Part shown: one piece after another, positions 57,021 through 64,000 of the stretch
How positions within the stretch are numbered: the first letter of the stretch is position 1
How the letters are laid out: each line of letters starts with the position of its first letter
DNA from: Eledone cirrhosa
Lineage: Eukaryota
Assembly (NCBI GenBank): GCA_964016885.1
Contig: OZ024743.1
Coordinates: 350,548,001 to 350,612,000, forward strand
Direction: 5' to 3'
Length of the DNA: 64,000 bases
The notes under the pieces: model-generated
Databases searched by the model: none
Seen by the model: only the letters and a program-made list of their open reading frames with translations
What the model was told of the DNA's origin: nothing
Made by a program: the position numbers and the translations under genes

Positions 57021-57081
57021 TATATATATATATATATATAAACAAAGCATACGGATATAGATATAGATATATATAAAGCAT

Positions 57082-57157
<76 letters not shown>

Positions 57158-57351
57158 AAAGCATACGGATATAGATATAAATAAAGCATACGGATATATA
57201 TATAAACAAAGCATACGGATATATATATATATATATATATATAAACAAAGCATACGGATATAGATATAGATATAAATAAACCATACGGATATATATATAT
57301 ATATAAACAAAGCATACGGATATATATATATATATATTTAGTATAGAAAAG

Positions 57352-57400
57352 GCTTCTACAGGACTAGAACTGTTTCATTCGGGAGAAATCATCAGGAAGC
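57352..57400 (-). ncRNA. Type I hammerhead ribozyme
   Basis: GCTTC CTGATGA TTTC TCCC GAAT GAAA CAG TTCTAGTC CTG TA GAAGC: perfect stems I and III, GUA cleavage triplet; its 3' half is repeated inverted at 57402-57450. Confidence 0.78.
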
Positions 57401-57815
57401 TTCCCGAATGAAACAGTTCTAGTTCTGTAGAAGCCTTTTCTGTATTAAATATTATTACTCTGCTTTGTATTGAGTACCTTACTTACTGTGGTTACCCCCG
57501 ATTGAACCCGGGATAAACTTATCTTATATATATACTTGCTTTTCTACTTATATAAGCGCATTTGTATGTGTGTATGTCTGTATGTACGTATTTCTATGTA
57601 TGCATTTGCGTGTGTATACATATATATGTGTGTGTGTGTATGTGTGTGTGTGTGTGTATGTATGTATATGTATATGTGTATCTATATATATGTATATATG
57701 TATATATGTATATATATATATGCGTGTGTATGTATGTGTATGTGTATATATGTATGCATGTATACATGTACGATTGTATACTTTTGGGTATGTGTGTATA
57801 TATATATATATATAT

Positions 57816-58296
57816 ATGTTAGAATATGTGTAATAAGGCCAAGACAATGCAGATATGGACATAGAAAAAAGAATGCAATAGTGAGAGATATTGATGAGAA
57901 TTCGTCTTTCACCTTGAATTTATTTAAATGTCCTTAATTTTCGAGATAATATCTCTTCTTCGGAGGGAAGTAAAAGTCTCAGACCAGCGTCTTTAAATTT
58001 CTAATGAAGCCATGCTGACCGGAAATAGTATAGAGTTCTAACTTTAATATCAAAGAATTAAAATTAGGTGGGTAAAGAGTAGTCTCCCTTTAAGAGGGGT
58101 TTGTTTATGTTTTTGTTGTGTTTTTTTAAATTTTATATGCGTGCCTGTATATGTGTGTGGGAGAAAGCATGAAGGTGTAGGTATGTGGGTGTGTGTGTGT
58201 GTGAGTGTGGGAAGATAGGTCTAATCTCACTATTGCATTCTTTTTTCTATGTCCATATCTGCATTGTCTTGGCCTTATTACACATATTCTAACATT
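57816..58296. mobile_element. (TA)n-associated element with ~70-bp terminal inverted repeats
   Basis: 57816-57885 inverted at 58226-58295; degenerate minus-strand hammerhead at 57932-57966 (CCT CCGAAGA AGAGAT ATT ATCTC GAAA AT TA AGG). Confidence 0.6.
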
Positions 58297-58338
58297 TATA
58301 CCTCATTACACAATGCTTCAAGTGAACTATAACCTCCT

Positions 58339-58413
<75 letters not shown>

Positions 58414-58629
58414 TAGATAGATAGATAGATATAGATATATATATAGTTATAGTTATATATATAACTTTATGTTTATTTCTAATAGTTATTGTAGAGTATA
58501 AGGTTTGAGATAAATAGGAGTTATGTAGAGGAAAGAGCTGATCAAAGATTGTGATGCTGTGGGGGCTGATAAGTCCTAGAGGTGAAGTGTTAATGGTGGT
58601 GAGGAATTCAAATCTGACATTGTTATATA

Positions 58630-58775
58630 CTAGCAGCTAGGTTTAAAGTTATGGAACGAGTGTCGGTAGTGGTGCTGGCATGAGGAAAACACCCCTGATT
58701 TTCTATTTAGGAGGTCTAGTTTCGAAAAGATTACAGTACGTGTCTCTAGAAGGCAGAGGTTACACATATGTAAAT
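58630..58775 (-). pseudogene. Penelope-like GIY-YIG C-terminal remnant
   Basis: CNLCLLETRTVI..LLNRKSGVFSSCQHHYRH parallels CNLCLSEK..INRRTDLFSLCLHKFHR at 61451. Confidence 0.65.
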
Positions 58776-59228
58776 GAAAAGATAACAATAACTTTGATAC
58801 TCTCAACACATACACATTTGAACACTACAGAAACAATCATCACATTACATCCACGATAATTTTAATACACTAACACCTTTGCTTGATATGCTTATATACC
58901 TGTGTTATATTTATGCCTAATACCTTTGCTTGTTTCCTTCATATATATGCCTAACGCATGTGCACTCTCTACACGCTTGCATATGTACTGCTAGTGTCCT
59001 CATTCTTCCTCAATGCCTCTTTAATTATTAGACTATTCCCTTGTATTATCTGTTGCATGTATTCCACTCTGTGCTTTTAATTTTAATTTTAATTATTGTA
59101 CAATTCTCGTATAATATATGTCGCATCCATTACACCCTGTAAATACTAAACTGTTGTTCACAATATCAATGTATCTATATGATTTTTCAGTTGAATAGGA
59201 GGTTAATTATATGTACAAACTTTGCTAA

Positions 59229-59275
59229 TGCTCCGATGATTCCAAACGAAAGTTTGTAAGAAACGATTGTCAGCA
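59229..59275 (+). ncRNA. Hammerhead ribozyme, one core substitution
   Basis: TGCT CCGATGA TTCCAAAC GAAA GTTTGTAA GAAA CGATTG TC AGCA. Confidence 0.55.
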
Positions 59276-59428
59276 ATAAAATGATTTGAACATAACTTTG
59301 ATAATTGTGTAAATTATATACCTGCTCTGTAAAACACTATTTCTCTTACTGGTAATACGGTAGTAATAAATTACTGACCTTGTCTGTTTATAGTTGTTTA
59401 TAGTATATACATAACTATAAATAGTATC

Positions 59429-59500
<72 letters not shown>

Positions 59501-59666
59501 CAAAGGGGTATATATATATATATATATATTAGAAAGTGAGGTTTTTTTTACAAAATGAAAAATAACCGAGGTGTCCTACACGAGTGGAAGTATAAAGAAA
59601 AAGAGATGAAATCGAAAATGCAACTGAAGTCTTATTTTTTTTTTAAATATATATATTTATTTGGTT

Positions 59667-59704
59667 CCTTTACCGGTTTCGCAGTTCTTCTGCTTTTCAA
59701 AAGG
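59667..59704 (-). ncRNA. Degenerate minimal hammerhead
   Basis: CCTT TTGAAAA GCAG AAGAA CTGC GAAA CCGG TA AAGG: all stems perfect, core two substitutions from CTGAAGA. Confidence 0.5.
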
Positions 59705-61450
59705 TGAGTTGAGATGGAGGGTCTGTGGTCTCTCATTTTAGGAGTTTACCAACCATGGTTGATAAGTTGTATACTTAACCCATATATGTCTATTTGTCTT
59801 TATTGATGATAAAATGTCTAGAATCATATGAATTATATGGAAGCAAGAGAACTCCTCACTCAGGCATTTTACTTCACTCATGTTCTCCAAAGCTATGTAG
59901 CTACCATTATTCATGTCTTAGTTCTTCTCATCATTCACATCATAATTGAAAAAAAGAAAAATAAAAAATAAAAATTTGACTTCAATCTTTATTTCCTCCT
60001 TTTTATTGCCAAGTATCATAAGTTCCTGATTTTTTTGACATGTTTGTTTACTGGGGTGTGTTACTTTGGGTAGCTTTGCTACCATCAGGTTAACAACCCA
60101 TTGTAATATATTGAAAATATTGCTGTAGGTCTCATTTCTATTTGCAGTCATAAGTTTATAATTTTGGTTTCAGTGTGTATGTATAATACACTGCTTCCTT
60201 ATTTATTGATGGTCAATTTACATAACATTCTAATGCTTACTGATATATTAAAGTTAGGTTAACTATCATTTACTTCTTTGCCTGACAGTGTCAAAATACA
60301 TTTTAGACTTGACCACTGGTTAAATCTTTGAATAAACAAGTTACAATTAAACAAATGCAGCTTTCTTTCCCACCACTATATATATAAGATCAAAAGATGG
60401 TTAAAAGAGTTCCATGTATTTTATTATGCGCATTTCAAAAACAAATATCATCATGCAATAACATTTGCGTTTTCGTCAGATAAAATAGGGAGACATGATA
60501 TGAAGGTTAAAACACACTTGTGAATAGTGCAGTTTTAAATCAACATATGAAAAGTAGTTTTAGATTGATGTGTGATATTGCGAAAAAATGTTGAGGGGGG
60601 GGGGGGAGGTTGGAAAGGATGAAAAGGAGGAGGAGATGAGAGTAAAAAGTGGAGGGGGAGGAGTATAATGAGGAAGGATGAGATAGGAGGAGAGATGGGT
60701 GATAGAGAGAGAGAGAGATAGCTTTTATAACTGAGAAAAAATATATTGTTTTACATAGAGAGGTTGAAAAACCGTTGGAAGATAATATATAAATTAAAAG
60801 AATTTGAAAATTAACGAAGAGAAAAATAATGTTAAGTTAAGGTTTGTATATTGAAGGGTTTAATAATATGTGCGATGAAAAGAAAATGTTAATATGTATT
60901 AAGAATAATATTTATGTGCGATGGAAAGAAATTGTTGATATGTATTATTTAAAAAAATATAAAAATATAGCAATAGTAATGTAAGTAAGGATATATTGTG
61001 AAAGAAGTAGAAGATTGGATGAATAAGTTAGATGAGCATGAAAGGGAGAAAAAAATAATGAATTGAGGATGAATAATCTAACGTCAAAAAAAATGTTTAT
61101 GTTTACGAAGGATTTTTTCAAGGTGATATAAAGTAAGAATATATTGTGCTGTGTAATAATTGTTTCTACGTTAGGCACAATGATAATTGAGAAGTATCAG
61201 GAAGAAAAGGTACAGATTAGGGGTTAGAAATTAAAGGAAAAAGAAAAAGAAAAAAGAAAAGAAAAGGAAAAAAGAAAGAAAGGGAAGTGATAAATAGGAG
61301 TGATATAGAATGAGTAAATAGTATTATATAATGTATAATAAATAACTTTGAAATAAGGTAGAAAGATGGGTATATTTTTAAAGAAATATATATGTATATA
61401 TATATATGTGCCTTTGAGAAAAGGATTTTAAATTGATAAAGTATTAGATA

Positions 61451-62680
61451 TTAGCTGTATACTTTATGGAATGTTCTGTGGAATTTATGCAAGCAGAGAG
61501 AAAACAAGTCAGTGCGTCTATTTATTATAGAATCTAAATTAGATATAATGGTAAATTTTTCACTTAAACAGAGATTGCATGTCTTGGATAGAGAACTGTT
61601 CAAGTATGGAGAAGCAGAAGAAACCTTTTTCCAAGAGATGTTATAGTTAATATTTTTGTACTTCAAGGACCATATGAGTTCTGAGAGTGCCGTGTTGGTT
61701 TTTTAAGTTGGTATTTAAAAGACGAATGATGATTATAAAGACGAGCTTTAAAGGAGGTGGAAGTGGAGCCAAAATAGGTGAAGGAATTTGTGTCAGTTAT
61801 AACTTTACATTCGTAGATTAAGTTTTTTTCAAGACAATGGTTGTTGAGAGAACATTTATTTTTAACAGGGCAATTGCAATTGCGATTAGAGAGATTAGCA
61901 GAGTTATTAACAAGTGACCTAGTGTTATCTATAGAAGGAATTGGATTGGAGAAGTTATTTACGATAGGAATACTAGTTTCTTGATTTAGAATGGGATTAA
62001 GAACATTTAGCGAAGTTGCGTTTGACGTCGTATTTGGGTTTGCTAAAGAATAATTTAGGAATATTATTATTAATAGAGATGGAGAAAGCAGCATTATACC
62101 AGATTTTGTTTTTGTATCTAGGTCTTTTATTAAAGTTATTGGAATGATCATGATTAATTATTCTACTGTAAGATCTAGAATTTGTTTCTTTACTATATTT
62201 GATTTTATCAGGATAACCGGCTTTAGAAAGCGCGTTATTATAGTAATTGGCGTTAGCATCAAAGATGTTTTTATTAGAAGATAGGTTAGATATTCTTTTT
62301 CCAATATTACTAACTATAGCATTCTTAATATTAGTGGGGTGGTTAGATTTAAAATTAACATAATTTAGGTTCTCATTGTTTTTATGGTAAGGGTAATATA
62401 GGCCAGTGTCAAGATTAAGAGATACATCCAAGAAATTAGCTAGTTTGATGCTGTTATCAAATTCAATTTTTAAGTTATGTTGGTTAAAGAGATTACGTAT
62501 ATTGTTCTTAATAATATTAAGGTTAACTATGTTGCAATTTAAGATAGTAAAGAGTCATCGTCACGATAAATTCCACCGCGAAGTTGAGGAATTTTCCGAC
62601 TCAAAGAGTTTAAAATAAAGATACCAATTAAATCTGTCAATTGGGATGAATCGGATGCTCCCATTGTGATGTCAAAGTTG
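61451..62680 (-). pseudogene. Penelope-like (Neptune-type) RT C-terminus + Cys-rich linker + GIY-YIG endonuclease, frameshifted
   Basis: FDITMGASDSSQLTDLIGIFIL, GIYRDD, FLDVSLNL, SNHP, IWYN, CNCPVKNKCSLNNHC, LIYECKV..YFGSTSTSFKARLYNHHSSF, CNLCLSEK. Confidence 0.88.
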
Positions 62681-62740
62681 TATGTATGTATGTATGTATG
62701 TATGTATGTATGTATGTATGTATGTATGTATGTATGTATG

Positions 62741-63575
62741 TGCTTAAGCAACGACTCCGTTGGAGCGGTCACCTGGCCAGGATGAAGGATTCTAGAATAC
62801 CAAAACACTTTTATGGAGAGTTAGTTAAAGGAAAACGACCGCCACATAAACCAAAAAAGAGGTATAAGGATTCCTTGAAAGCCTCTTTAAAAGACGCTAA
62901 CATCTCTGTTGATACATGGGAAAATGTTGCTGCTGATCGTAATAAATGGAGAAAGACTGTATATGAGGGAAAAGTTGCCTTTGAGGCATCTCGAATCGCA
63001 TACGAGAAAGTAAAGCGGGATATGAGGAAGGGCATTGCTGTTGCACTTCCAGACGGCGAGGGTCCTCCTATAGTACTGACATGCAGCGTCTGTGCGAGAC
63101 TCTGCCTAAGCAAAGCTGGACTCGAAAGTCATCTTCGCAGTCATAAAGTAAGACCAGTGGTTGACTACCAGGCTACTGTTGGAGATGCTACTCATCATGC
63201 TTGCCAAGCATGTGGTAGAGAATGTAAATCAGTAGGAGGGCTCAAATGACATGCAAAAGTACACGAACTCCAACCCCAGCCGGCTATTCCCAGTGAATGT
63301 TTTGGTTGCCGACTCTGTGCAAGACATTTTAGATCATTGGCTGGGCTAAAAAGCCACATTCGATCGCAGCGCTGTTAATTGCTAGCGCGTGTGTGTGTAT
63401 ATAGATATGTTTGTGTGTGCGTGTGTGTGTATATATATATATATATATGTATATTATTATTGTTGTTGTTGTCCTTATTATTATTGTTGTTGTTATTATT
63501 ATTATTATTGTTATTAATTTTTTTTTTTTCCTCGTGCAATGGCCATACTCGATAACGAGGGGGCAGCCATCATCA
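62741..63575 (+). mobile_element. Zinc-finger RTE 3' fragment, second copy of 9108-9978
   Basis: Same 5' breakpoint (GTAT)n-GTGCTTAAGCAACGACTCCG, same stop after VGGLK, same 3' end GGCCATACTCGATAACGAGGGGGCAGCCATC. Confidence 0.88.
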
Positions 63576-63956
63576 TATATATATATATATATATTCCCCT
63601 TCTCTGTATATATATATATACAGAGAAGGGGAGAGGGAGAGGTTCGATTTTGTAAGCATTTGAAAGCATTAGATACTTCACTGTCTTATAATTTAAAACG
63701 ATGTTTTAGTTTCAATTACATTATGGATGAAAATTCCATTACAGATATAAACGAATATTTAAATACAAAAAAAAAGTGTGTGGCTTTAAAAAAAATCCAT
63801 GCTTTATTTAAACATATTCAAGAAAGTGAGCCAAGTTTTACATGATCCTTTATTGCTACCTTCCTTTTTAATTGCGCCACTTTTCTCGAACTTTACTCTA
63901 AAATGATTTACTTCAAGCGGAACATTACTTTACGTAACACCGTGTACAGACACATG

Positions 63957-64000
63957 GCGTTGGATTGGCAGTATCGGTAGAGCGTCGGACAACATGCATC
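63957..64000 (+). mobile_element. 5' head of a Meta-type SINE (runs off the window)
   Basis: TGGATTGGCAGTATCGGTAGAGCGTCGGAC matches the head at 53998. Confidence 0.6.

Overview
Eukaryotic, AT-rich, microsatellite-dense, almost entirely repetitive window. The SINE types and repeat style suggest a cephalopod (Octopus-like) genome, which is an inference. Host content: two minus-strand exons (6802-6888 signal peptide, 99-256 Cys-rich CYVC..DPC..C..FC) splice in frame into a Ly6/uPAR three-finger (quiver-like) protein, so the rest is intronic or upstream. Mobile content: (i) a (TACA)n-centred cluster of about 10 near-complete copies of a ~600-bp non-autonomous retroelement sharing its 3' end with a C2H2-zinc-finger RTE LINE, interleaved tail-to-tail with two R4/Dong-type restriction-like-endonuclease LINE families; (ii) a near full-length Tx1/L1 element bounded by (TTA)n on both sides; (iii) Penelope/Neptune, CRE, RTE and mariner relics and Meta-type SINEs; (iv) a 12-kb G-rich 49-bp satellite; (v) several sequence-unrelated short elements next to (TA)n, with direct or inverted terminal repeats, each carrying a minimal type I hammerhead ribozyme (retrozyme / Penelope pseudo-LTR-like). 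All calls come from reading the sequence by eye; no searches or folding programs were run.
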